A stretch of DNA of 64,000 nucleotides from the human T2T-CHM13v2.0 reference genome, Homo sapiens, in NCBI RefSeq assembly GCF_009914755.1, contig NC_060948.1; one strand, written 5' to 3'. The position numbers were made by a program, and so were the translations under genes. The notes under the pieces are model-generated. The model was not told the origin of the DNA. It saw nothing but the letters and a program-made list of their open reading frames with translations, and ran no database searches. Shown here piece after piece: positions 13,859-27,494 of this stretch (positions within the stretch are counted from its first letter, which is position 1; each line of letters starts with the position of its first letter).

Positions 13859-14830
13859 GTTTTGTTTTGTTTTGTTTTGTTTTGTTTTGTTGTTGTTTTT
13901 GTTTTTTTAACACAGAGCCTCACCCTGTTGTCCAGGCTGGCGTGCATTGGCGTGATCTCAGCTCACTGCAACCTCTGCCTCCCAGGTTCAACCAATTCTC
14001 CTGCCTCAGCCTCTGGAGTAGCTGATGTATCCAGAGTTGGTTCCCTCCAGTGGGTTCTTGGTCTCGCTGACTTCAAGAATGAAGCCAAGGAACTTCGTCG
14101 TGAGTGTTACAGCTCTTAAAGATGGTGCGACCAGAGTTTGTTCCTTCAGATGTGTCTGGAGTTTGTTCCTTCCAGGGGATTCGTGGTCTTGCTGACTTCA
14201 AGAATGAAGCAGCAGACCTTTGTGGCAAGTGTTATGGCTCTTAAACGTAGTGTGGACCCAAAGAGTCAGTGCAGCAAGATTTATTGTGAAGAGTGAAAGA
14301 ACAAGGCTTACAGCATGGAAGGGGACCCTAGTGGGTTGCCACTGCTGGCTCTTGTGGCCAGCTTTTATTCACTTATTTGGCCCTACCCATGTCCTGCTGA
14401 TTAGTCCATGTTACAGAGCACAGATTGGTAAGTCTTACAGAGTGCTGATTGGCTGATTTTACATAATGCTGACTAGTGCATTTACAATCCTTTAGCTAGA
14501 CACAGAGTGCTGATTAGTGTATTTACAACTCTTTAGCTAGACACAGATCGCTGATTGGTGCATTTTTACAAAGTGCCAATTGGTGCATTTACAATCCTCT
14601 AGCTAGAGAGAAGAGTTCTCCAAGTGCCCACTTGACACAGGAGGTCCCCTGGCTTCACCTCTCACTGGGATCAGAGGCGCCTGCCACCACGTCTGGCTAA
14701 TTTTTGTATTCTTAGTAGAGACAGGATTTCACCATGTTGTCCAGGCTCATCTCAAACTCCTGACTTGATGATCTGCCCGCCTTGGCCTCCCAAAGTAGGG
14801 GGATTACAGGTGTGAGCCACTGTGCCCAGC
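13859..14830 (-). mobile_element. AluS split by an LTR12 insertion
   Basis: Alu halves at 13859-14025 and 14665-14830; TSD AGGA(A/T)GTAAGAGAG(G/C)TTTTT at 13839 and 14831. Confidence 0.93.
14026..14664 (-). mobile_element. solo LTR12-family (HERV9) LTR
   Basis: Reverse complement begins TGAGAGGTGAAGCCAG; repeated GCTGATTGG (CCAAT) units; TG...CA ends; 4-bp TSD CTGA/CTGG. Confidence 0.92.
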
Positions 14831-16104
14831 AGGATGTAAGAGAGCTTTTTATACACCTGCTCTGTGAAAAACATTCTATTAAGAACACTATTTTAGGTGA
14901 CATTTTCCAGAAAGTGAGTATACTCAAAATTATATATACTTCATTCTAAATATTGTGTTGGCATAAAGTATGAAATCAAATTAGTAGTGCCCTGGAGGTT
15001 AATATGGTAGCAGAGGACTGTCAAAAATAATTTGGGTGAAGGGAATTTTGGGAAAAAGAAATACAATACCAACAACTTTGGCCGTGGTGAAAATTTACTC
15101 ACAACTGCAAGCTATTAGATAACAGCTATGCCAAATTATTGGATTTTTATATATTTCTTTTTTCTCTCTCATTAGTAAAAAACAATTAACCTAATTAAGT
15201 CTTCTCTGTGTTATTGACAATAATGACAAGTGAAGATCTAAACATACATCACATGAAAATTAAAAACAACTTAAAGATCCATACCCATATCTCACATATG
15301 CCCTTTGTGAGGTGCTACATGTAAGTCATAACATTGTTTTTTAGTGATTAGTAACAATCATTTTCAATATACTTGAAAAATATTTAAAATCATGAGAGCA
15401 CTACTAAACAAATACAAGAAAAATTGTTTGAAAATAGAATATTAAAATTAGAAAATGAAAGAAAAAGGAGTTTTATGATGTTACTGCTTACCTTTCATTT
15501 GCTTTTTTGTTATAGAAAAAGAAGAGAAAAAAAGTCAGAAAAGACATTGTAACAAAATGAATGCAACTGATGATCATAATCCCATAAAACTCAAGAGACT
15601 TCATCTATTGAGACCTCAAGATCTATTTTTCTGGGTCCTTTTGTCTTGCTCTCACTCACCTCACTCCCTTAAAGGAGATTATGCCATGAATGTTCATCTA
15701 CAATCCATGTTTAACTTAATACAATATTTCGGAAACATCGTTTATTTTTAAGCTTCATTATAAAATGTATCATATACATGAAAGACTGATGTATATACTT
15801 TGCCAATATATATGATGCTCTCTGATTATTCCTTCTTAATGTTATTCCCTTATCTCTCATGTTATTAGTATTCTGCATATTATGGTAATTATTCCCATGC
15901 TGTCCTTCATATTTTACCACCTATGTATGTATCTTTAAACGACATAATGTTTGCTTTTTGCCTGTATTTGACTTTTTATTATTGGAATCATATGTGTTTT
16001 TCTGCCACTTGTGCTCATTACATTTTTGTCTCCATGTTGATAAAAGTAGCCAGTTTTCATAAGGTGTATAGTATTTTGTATTCCATTGTAGGCATAAAAT
16101 GTGT

Positions 16105-16283
16105 TTGTTTTGTTTTGTTTTGTTTGTTTGTTTTGAGACTGAATCTCACTCTGTCACCAAGGCTGGAGTGCAGTGGCATTATTTGGGCTCACTGCAACCC
16201 CCGCCTCCTGGGTTCCAGAGATTCTCCTGTCTCACCTCCCTAGTAGCTGGAACTACAGGCATAGACCACCATGCCCAGCTAAT
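16105..16283 (-). mobile_element. 5'-truncated Alu (right arm only)
   Basis: GAGACTGAATCTCACTCTGTCACC...CCCAGCTAAT, then non-Alu sequence. Confidence 0.85.
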
Positions 16284-16369
16284 AAATATAGTTGTATTGT
16301 ACATAAATTTTTTGGTTAATTTTAGTGTTTCGATGGCACAAACAATATTTATCTATTTCTATACATGGT

Positions 16370-16550
16370 TATGGTTGCTAGATAAATACGAGTTGCTCAG
16401 TTAAATTTGTATTTCAGATAAAACAATTTTTTAGAATAAGTATATTCCTAATATTGCATAGAAGATACATACACTATGCTTTATTATTTATATTAAATTT
16501 AAATTTAACTGAAAGTCATGTACTCTTATTTGCTAAATCTGGCAACAACT
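16370..16550. mobile_element. MER53 palindromic hAT MITE
   Basis: GGTTGCTAGATAAATAC...CAGTTAAATTTGTATTTCAGATAAA...AAATTTAACTG...TTTGCTAAATCTGGCAAC, with internal inverted symmetry. Confidence 0.8.
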
Positions 16551-17417
16551 CTACAAGGTGCAAATTTTTAGGAAGTTAAGTAGGACATATATATTTAAGT
16601 ATGTAATTGTTACTTGTGTAATTGTTATGTCTTGGGTAATAAGTGTGTTCAATTTATTTCCACATTGGTTATATTGATTTATATATCTATTGTGGTTCTA
16701 TTGGAGTGCTAATTACTTACTATCTTCACTAATGCATAGTATTGTCTGACTTCATAACTTTGCCAGTTTGATGAGTGTCAAATTTTATATCATTGTGGTT
16801 TGAATTTCAATTTCCCACGTTACGAATTAAGTTGAATATCTTTTCAAATAACTGTGGACCATTTGTGTTTCTGCTCCTGTGAGATGCCCAGTTACATATT
16901 GTGCCTCCTTTTTCTATTGTGTTATCAGCTTCAGGATTTGGAGGATTTCTTTATATGTTCTGGATGCTAACCATTGTTGGCTTATATGTTGCATATACAG
17001 TGTGCCATTTTGTGGATTATCTTTTGATATTAACATTAGTTTTTGTTCATCCCATGTGTGTAGACTGGCTTCCGGGATCTCTAGTTAGTTCTATTTTCTC
17101 ATCATCTATCACTGAGCCCAAAATACATAATGTAATTATTACAGCTCTACAAGAAAATGCTGGAATAACTTGTAGGGCATTTCTCCTAATCTTTTTGACA
17201 ACTGACTTAACAGCTGGCAGATGGTCAATTTATGTTAATGTTTCCTATACATTTAAAATGTACATTATCCAGTTGTTGGGTGCCATCATGTTCTATTTAG
17301 ATGTCCATTTGATTAAGCATGCTATTTATCCTGTTCAAATCTTCCAGATATTTACTGATATTTTTCTGCTTAACCTGTCAACTATTTAGAGAAGTACGTT
17401 AAAATTCTCAAATATGC

Positions 17418-17790
<373 letters not shown>

Positions 17791-18103
17791 TTAGTCAAAT
17801 TTCACTTTTAACCTATTCTCAAAACTATTTTTACTGTTTTGAATTGCTTAATCTCATAATGAATTAATACTTCTGTAACTATTTATTGGCCCTCTTTATA
17901 GAAATAAATGTTGCCTAAAATTTATTTTGTCTGATACTAATGTAGTTGTGCCAAATATTTTTCTTCTCATTTATTTTGTATATCTTTTGTATTTTACTTA
18001 TATGGTTCTTGTGTCCTCATGTTTAAATATGACTTTCATTAAAATGTACAAATACATTTTAAAAATATGATATGACAGTGAACAGCATAGTTTGTGCTTT
18101 GTA

Positions 18104-18985
<882 letters not shown>

Positions 18986-19827
18986 CATTTTCTTTTTAAT
19001 TGGCATAATAAATACACATATTTATTGGGTACTATATGATGTTTTATACATGTGTATATCATATAATGATTAAGTCAGGATAATTGGCATTTGATTTATT
19101 TCTATCATCTTATTTAGTATTTCCTATTTGTCCCACTTTTATAGTTTTTCTTCTTTCATAGTTGATTACTTTTGGTTTGATCATGATTCTTTCCCATTGT
19201 TTCATTTTTTGTTGTACTGTTCTAGAAGTTGTACATTCTATTTTGTTTATTTAGTAGTTGAGGAAATTTAATATGTATTTAAAATATCAAAAATTCTAAA
19301 ATTAATAACATCTGTCTCTTACGTTATATGAAAATGTTAGAATGCTTGAACTCCAATCAAAACATCCCAAATTATTTACTCTTATTATTCAGTATTTTCA
19401 GATTTGTTTTGATTTTCTGTGAAGATATAGTCTTTCTTATTAACATAAAATAAATAAAAATATATTTTATTAAATATTTTTTATCTTACATCATTTTAAT
19501 CACATAATGTTCAAGTAAGTATTTTGATAAATCAGCATTTGTCCTGCTGACTTTTGTTGAACATTCGGATGGTTTCCAGACTACACTAATGCCAACAATA
19601 GTCTTAGTTGGCTGAAAATTACTTAAAAGTAAACCTAATAGCTCACAATAACAGTTAAATTTTGACAATTTAACATCATTCTATATGAAGCAGTGCAAAA
19701 ATATATCAGGAAACTGAACCTCTAAAAATAAATAACTTGGTCAAGTTCAAAGGGCTATTAAGTGGTAAAAGTGGGCTTTGGACCCAGATAGTTTACATTT
19801 TGAGACATACAGCAAAAATGTGGAAAT

Positions 19828-19829
<2 letters not shown>

Positions 19830-19867
<38 letters not shown>

Positions 19868-19943
19868 TTCCAAGTTCTACTTAAGGAATAAAAACTGATG
19901 TAAAGCTATTCTAAGACACACACATACACACACACACACACAC
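19830..19943. repeat. two (CA)n microsatellites
   Basis: CA runs at ~19830-19865 and ~19916-19943. Confidence 0.9.
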
Positions 19944-22111
19944 AAATATCAATTAGTGACAAAAATGTGTGAAGTAGGAACATTCATTTTTGACCTATTG
20001 TCTTGAGTCTTCATTATCCCAGTGTTTCTCTTTTTGCCAAGCCTTTATCACTGCAGGCTATTTTGGACAATTGGACAATTTGCTTTCAAATATCTTTTCT
20101 TACCAAGGAAACACCATTGAGTGATTACAGTTCACATTGCCTAATTCTTAACATTTCTATTATACAGACATATCTGATGTAAACTTTAGGCCTCTCCAAC
20201 AAAGGTATTTTCTCAGTCACAAAATAGATATTCATTATAAAGAGAGTTGCATTTTATGAAAAGGAAATCTTCACTTTCTAGTTTCCATTGAAATTGAATT
20301 AAATGAACATGAAGATCTTTTATACCACTATTTAGAAACATTCCTCTAGCATGACAATAAGAATACCTATAATATAATTTAATTGTAGATATGAAGCTTG
20401 AAATAAAAGTGCTTAAAATATTGACTACTTTAAACTGAAGACAGAAAATTGATTGACTTAGGAAAAAATATAGATTTTGAAATTTAATTTTACTAAAATT
20501 TGCACCATCTTATTTATTTTTCCATTGGCTACACTTTGTATCACAGACCATTAAGTATGATTTCAGACTTTCATGAACAACAATTTAAACACATTTGAAA
20601 ATAAGATATGCATTTTATAAATTAAAGTATCTCCCACTCAACCTAAGGTGAAAGACACTTATAGCCAGAACACCAAAATTTAAGGAGCAAGAAAACAGGA
20701 ATTTTTGCCTATTTGTTCACTACTACAATTGTAGTTTCTTGGATGTACATGGCCCACAGTATGCACTCAGTAAACATTTCTTGAATGAATACACACGTGA
20801 ATAATTATTTATCAGCATTCACTATTTGGTGCATATTAATTGTGTGTTATGAATTAAAAAAGGACCCAAAGTGCCTGGTTCTACAGCAGCAGTTTTCAAC
20901 AGATGGGCTAGCTGCTCCAAGAATATAACTGGGGCAGGAATTGTAGTTCAAAAAACTTCCCTTGATGATTCAGCATTACAACCATGCTTTACAAGTTTTC
21001 CCGGTATCATAAGGGCAAGCCAGTTAATCAAGTTTCTCTCAAAATAGATTTAATTTTTTTTCTATTTAATAGTGATTCTGAAAGTCCTGAGTATGGTCTA
21101 GCATGTCTGATAGCATTTTCTCATTGTGAATCAGCTTTTGTCCTTTATTCAATAAAATTGGTCTGTCTTGTGCAGTAGCATATGTGGAAAGAAATTGCTA
21201 GGCTGTTGTATAGGGTCAACTAGGATGAAAGGAGATAGCAGGCAGAATGTTAACTAATGGTGGATACAATTACTAATATCGGAAGAGCCATTTTAAGCAT
21301 TCCATTTGTGTGTTCACTGATTTGCAGATGTTCTGGAAAACATCCTGTTATTTCTTTTTTAGTGTCTGAATAAAGAGACCATTCTAATCATTTTAAAAGC
21401 TTTTCATTATAAAAAGTTTGAAAAGAAGCTGGGTTTTATTAACAGCTATTGAATATATACATTTTGAAAAAAATATATTTTTGAATAGTTTTCTTTGCCC
21501 TTCTCATAGATAACTTGGCAACATTGTGCATTGTTTCTCAAAGGGAAATGTAGATTTAAATAAATACAAGTATGCCTCAATTTATGAAGTCCCGATTTAT
21601 GAAAACATGAATTTAAAAACTCAGTTGGTTCGTTAAATTTTCTGCCTAGAGACAATCTTTCTGTTCCGGAAAATACAGCAAGACCTAATAGAGATCATAG
21701 AGACAAATTTTTGCTTTTCTGTCTTTGTGTTGCCTTATAAAATCAGACTATATCACCCTTGGGCTCAATTTTCTTATTTGTAACATAAGACACAAAGAAT
21801 TCTCTAACAAGCATCAGTGAAGTAGTTAAAGCCTGATCAAATTGTATTATAAATAATTGTTCCCAATGGCAGTTTTGCTACTACTACACCTTCTGAAGTG
21901 CTATTTAATATTTTAGATACTATGACCCCACCTTTAGATACTCTGGAGGTCTGTAGTTTTGCTAAATATTTTGTTAAATATACTCTCTATATGAATCTCA
22001 TGGACCCTTTTGCCCAAAGACCAAAATTTTGGAACCCCTGTTTTGAAAACTTATGAGAGCTATTGAATTGACCACAGACATATATTGGTCAAATTTAAAA
22101 ACAGACTTTTT

Positions 22112-22418
22112 GGCCAGGTGTGGTGGCTCACGTCTGTAATCCCAGCACTTTGGGAGGCCAAGGCAGGTGAATCAACAGAGGTCAGGAGTTCAAGACCAGC
22201 CTGGCCAAGAGGGTGAAACCTTGTATCTACTAAAAATACAAAAATTAGCCAGGTGCAGTGGTAGGCACCTGTAATCCCAGCTACTCAGAAGGCTGAGGCA
22301 GGAAAATTGCTTGAAGTCGGGAGTCAGAAGTTGTAGTAATCCAAGTTCATGCCTCTGCACACTAGCCTGAGCAACACAGTGAGACTCCATCTCAAAGAAA
22401 CAAACAAACAAACAAAAA
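22112..22418 (+). mobile_element. AluS
   Basis: Full Alu with (AAAC)n tail; flanks AAAAACAGACTTTT and AAAAATAGACCTTTT. Confidence 0.95.
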
Positions 22419-22659
22419 ATAGACCTTTTATTGTATGTCTTTTCATGTAGCTGATTTGATTATTCGTTTATATTAATTTATATGTAATACTGCAAGTAGA
22501 CATTGTTGAATAATTATTTTTCCTTTCTTTTTCTTATTTCATATAATCTAGTTTGGTTCACTTTTTAGATGTGGAATAACTGAATCAAAGGCTGAGTGTT
22601 GCCAGGCATGTTGATACTAAGTACAGGGCTACTAAGTAGAAAGGAAGCATTTACTTGGA

Positions 22660-22805
22660 CAAAAGATTTTAATAGTGTTTAAATGCAATATTTTAAAACA
22701 AAATTATAGCAAAAACCTGTGATGAACGAAATCACATTTCAAATAAAGACAGGATCCAATTTCCTCATTTTGCCTCAGGTTCCAATGTGACTGTGGACAG
22801 CACTC
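22660..22805. mobile_element. hAT-Tip100 (Arthur1-like) DNA transposon fragment
   Basis: AAATAAAGACAGGATC...TTTTGCCTCAGGTTCCAATGTGACTGTGGACAGCACT resembles an Arthur1 terminus. Confidence 0.5.
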
Positions 22806-24829
22806 CTGCCAACATCATTTGAATATTATCATTTCTGAGGACACTTACAAATTTGACAGGTGGAAAATAATCTCTTCATATCATTATTTGTCTCATATGA
22901 ACATATTTATGCCCATCTTTATACCACAATGGCAAAGTAAAGTATAGTGTCTTTCCGATCACATGTAACATGGCAAAATGATGTAAATTTCAAGCAGGTG
23001 AGAAAAGGTAGGTGATGCTCTTTTGTCACTGTAATTCTTTCTGTATTTGTTTCATATTGTTCAAAACTAGGTGTTTGTTCTATACCAGTTCATGATAGTT
23101 ATGTTCTTGGTGGATTGTTGTTTTACTAGTGTGCACTCTCTGTCTGTGTTCACATTAATGCTTTTTCACTTTCAATTCAATGCTTTTTCACTTTTGATTC
23201 TATTTTGCTATATATTAACATTTATTTGATTTATTTGTTAATTTACTTGATATTTTATTTTAAACTTGTTATTTTGTTTATATATGACTATAGTAAATAG
23301 TCTATAGAAGGAATTATTTTGTTTCTGATTTGAATGCTTGCCTTTTAATAGGCATGCTTGATTTATTTCCTTTTCCTGAGATCACTGGTCTGTTTTCATG
23401 TGTATTTGTATATACCATCTTCAGCATCACATCTGTTTTCCTTTCCTGTTTCATTTTGGATTGTGGAGCTTACTCCATGCACTTCTCTATTAGATTAAAC
23501 TTTTATTTTCTAGTCTTTCTCTAATTTTCCTTATATTTTTAACATTTAAACAAAACTCTGAAACTACTGGGACAACTGGCTATATACCTGTAATATAGTG
23601 AAGTGTGATCTCTATCTTAAACTGTATATAAAAATTAGAGGTCTCAAGATGCATTGTAGACCTAAATATGTGCTGAAAATGTTCTAAAAGTAGAAAGTTG
23701 TGATGTTTGCATAATTATGTGAATGTACTTAAAAACACTGAATTGTAAAGTTTAGAAGGGTGAGTTTTATGGTACTTTATCTCAAAGCTTATATTAAAAA
23801 TCTAAAATTACTATGTCTATCTTTCTAAGACAGCTTGCTGTAATATCTTGATTTTCTTAATTTAGATTTTCCTTTTGCAATGTTATCTCTTTCATGAATT
23901 TCCTTTTGTGTTTTTTGATGGAGGGTTGTCCTGACTGGGAGGTGGCTGTTTTATTTTGTTTCAAATCATACATTTTCCTCCACATTTAGCAATTTCATTG
24001 TTGCTTCTGCTACACATTTTGGATTTGGAGACTCAAAAGAGAGCCACATGAGCAGTTTGGAGCTCTTTATTTGTATAACACAATCCTAGTCACTATGTTT
24101 GTGTGCAATTCAGGCTGGGTCCTAATTTCGTAGCAGCATCTCAGCTTCCTTCCTGTTCCACAGTCAGCTTTCAATGGACAGCTACATCTCCTAAACAAGT
24201 CAGAGAGCACAATTCTTAGCCCTGGCTTAATGAAGGAAGCCTGGTTTTGCTATCCAACCACTTAAGGGATGAGGTCACTCTCTGTTACTGCAGGACACTA
24301 AAACTAGACCCCTGCTGCTTGTTTCTGATTTTGGTGTCTTTCACCTTTAGTTAGTGTTCTGGACTGTGAGTTTCCCCTTTCCCGGGCACACAGTACCATT
24401 CTGTATCAGTGTAATTAGGCATTCTAAAAATATTTTTAAAATGCACACATGGTCCCATGTTTTCAGTGAAGGACAAACTTTTAGCATATGCTCAGTCATC
24501 CACCTTATGTGGGAAACTAATCAAGGTTAGAAGTATGTAGCTAGAATTCAGCTAATATAAAATACTAAGAAATAGTGGGCATAACCTAATATTATTACTT
24601 AAGTATGATTACTACTAATGAAGATGAACATTTCCCTATATTGTTGTTAATGTTTTATATTTTATTTTAGTAAATTAGGTTTTAATATTCTCTTCCACTG
24701 TTGTCTTTTTGAAACTTGCTCTTTTCCTCATCGGTTCTTATGAGCTACAAATATGGTTCACTTTATTTATATTTTGACATTTAATTTAGTTTTTAAATAA
24801 TGTTCAAGGTAGTTTAGTTATTGGTCAAT

Positions 24830-25340
24830 TATGGAATGAGACCCCACTTCTGTTGTCCTTCCCAGCCTCTCCCCCACCTCCCCTTTTCCCTAGTTTATAA
24901 GCAGGAGAAAAGGGAGAAAGCAAAACGTTGGAAGGAAACAGAAGTAAGACAAATAGTTAGATGACCTTGGTGCCAACACCTGGCCCTGGTGGTTAAAATA
25001 ATAATAATAACAATAATAATAATAATAATAATAACCCCTGACCAAAACTACTGGTGTTATCTTTAAATTCCAGACATTGTATGAGAAAGCCCTGTAAAAC
25101 TTTTTGTTCTGTTAGCGGATGTATGTAGCCCCCAGTCACATTCCTCGCACTTACTTGATCTTTTATGAACCTTTCACGTGGACCCCTTAGAGTTGTAAGC
25201 CCTTAAAATGGCTAGGAATTTCTCTTTTGGGGAGATCAGCCCTTAAGATGCGAGTCTGCTGATGCTCCCAGCTGAATACAAACCTCTTCCTTCTTTAATC
25301 CGGTGTCTGAGGAATTTTGTCCATGGCTCATTCTGCTACA
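24830..25340 (+). mobile_element. HERV-E 5' LTR (LTR2B-like)
   Basis: TATGGAATGAGACC...CTGCTACA with an internal (AAT)n tract; direct repeat of 33050-33567. Confidence 0.93.
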
Positions 25341-25345
25341 TTTCT

Positions 25346-25363
25346 TGGTTCCCTGACCAGGAA
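25346..25363 (+). promoter_or_regulatory. primer binding site complementary to the tRNA-Glu 3' end
   Basis: TGGTTCCCTGACCAGGAA just after the 5' LTR; one mismatch to TGGTTCCCTGACCGGGAA. Confidence 0.9.
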
Positions 25364-25889
25364 GCAAGGTGATCAATGGATGATCGAGGCAGCCCTTCAG
25401 GTGGCTTAGGCCTGACCTGTGGAGTATCCTTGTGGGGAACGCAGGCCAGCTTGAATGAGAGCAGATCATGAGAGTGCTCCTGGGCAGGCAATTGCCCCAG
25501 TGGAATGTCTCACCAGAGCAGTGCATGGCAGGCCCCCGTAGAGGATCAAGGCAGTGGCTGAACACTGGGAAAGAAATGGCAGTTTAAGTCTGGATATCTG
25601 ATACTTGGTAAGACTGGTCTTTGGAACTAGCCCACTCCATTTGAGTGGAAGCATGGCCTGATCACCCATGGCGTGCCTGTGCCAGTACTTTGGTTTTTGT
25701 TTTCAACTTGACTTGAATTGTTTGATACTTTCGTTTTGGTTTTTACCTGGTTTGGATTTCTGGATATTGTGATTTTGGTTTTGATTCTGGTTTGGTGTAA
25801 ACTGGAAAAGTGTGTGTGTGCCCTTTTTACCCATTCTTTGTTCTGTGGTATGCGTGTGGTGTGAGTTTGGTGTTTTGTCTCAAGGTAAC

Positions 25890-27494
25890 ATGGATCAGAC
25901 ACAAAGTAAGCCCACTCCGCTAGGAACTATGTTGAAAATTTTAAGAAGGGATTTAATGGAGACTATGGGGTTACTATGACACCAGGGAAATGTAGAACTT
26001 ATTTTGAAATAGATTGGTCAAAATTAGAAGTGGGTTGGCCATCAGAAGGAAACCTGGAGAGGTCCCTTGTTTCTAAGGTATGGCACAAGGTAACTGGTAA
26101 GTCAGGACACTCAGACCAGTTTCCATACATAGCCACTTGGTTACAGCTGGTGCTAGACCCCCCACAGTGGCTAAGAGGGCAGGCAGCAGCAGTGCTAGTA
26201 GCAAAGGGACAGATTGCCAAGGAAGGATCCTACTCCACCCGCCGAGGGAAATCAACTCCTGAAGTTCTGTTTGACCCAACATCAGAAGATCCCTTGCAGG
26301 AGATGGAACCAGTGATCCCAGTGGTGCCCTCCCCTTACCAGGGAAAGATGCTCCCCACTCTTGAGCCCACAGTCCTTGTGCCTCCACAAGACAAACATAT
26401 CCCTAGGCCACCCGGAGTAGACAAGAGAGGAGGTGAAGCCTCGAGAGAAACCCCTACATTGGCAGCTCGTTTAAGACCCAAAACTGGGATACAAATGCCC
26501 CTGAGAGAGCAGTGGTATACTGGGATAGATGAGGATGGTCACATGGTGGAGAGGTATGTTTTTGTGTACCAGCCCTTCACCTCTGCCAACCTTCTCAACT
26601 GGAAAGACAATACCCCATCCTATACTGAAAAGCTACAAGCTCTAATTTATTTGCTCCAAACTATTATCTAGACCCATAACCCCACTTGGGCTGATTGCCA
26701 CCAGTAGCTCATGTTCCTCTTTAACACAGATGAAAGGCAGAGAGTGCCCCAAGCAGCAATTAAGTGGCTAGAGGAACATGCATCGGCGAATTACCAAAAT
26801 CCCCAAGAATATGTAAGGACCCAGTCACAAAGAACCGACCCCAGTGGGACCCAAATGAAAGAGAGGATATGCAAAGGCTAAACTGATACAGGGAAGTTCT
26901 CTTGGAAGGATTAAAGAGGGGAGCCCAGAAGACCACAAACACTAACAAGGTCTCTGAGGTCATTCAGGGAAAGAAGAAATTCCAGCACAATTCTATAAGA
27001 GATTGTGTGAGGCCTATCATATGTTTACTCCCTTTGATCCTGATAGCCCTGAAAATCCCGCATGATTAACATGGCTTTATTTAGTCAAAGCACAGAAGAC
27101 ATTAGAAGAAAACTGCAGAAAAAGGCTGGGTTTGCAGGGATGAATACATCACAGTTATTAGAAATAGTTAACCAGGTGTTTGTAAACAGGTATGCAGTAA
27201 GCCATAAGGAAAACCACAAAGAGAATGAATGTCTGGTCCAGTGAAATGCTGTCCTGTTAGCTGCAGCAATCAGAGGGGTCTCCCCAAAGAGGCAAGGGAA
27301 GAGGGGGCCTGGGAGAGAAACTCAGCCTGGCTGTCAGAGCTTGCAGCATAACCAGTGTGCTTATTGTAAAGAAATAAGACATTGGAAGAACAAATGTCTA
27401 CAGCTAAAAGGAAAACAAGGTGACTCAGACCAGGAGGCCCCAGATAAGGAGGAAGGGGCCATGCTCAACCAGGTTAGAAGGGTTATTGGACTGA
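25890..27494 (+). pseudogene. gag: HERV-E gag, disrupted
   Basis: MDQTQSKPTPL start; matrix-like WPSEG and DQFPYI motifs; capsid YQPFTSANLLNWK; zinc knuckle CAYCKEIRHWKNKC; several stops and frameshifts. Confidence 0.9.

Noticed and set aside
25346-25363. tRNA-like sequence
   Set aside because: Only the 18-nt retroviral PBS is present; there is no tRNA gene body.
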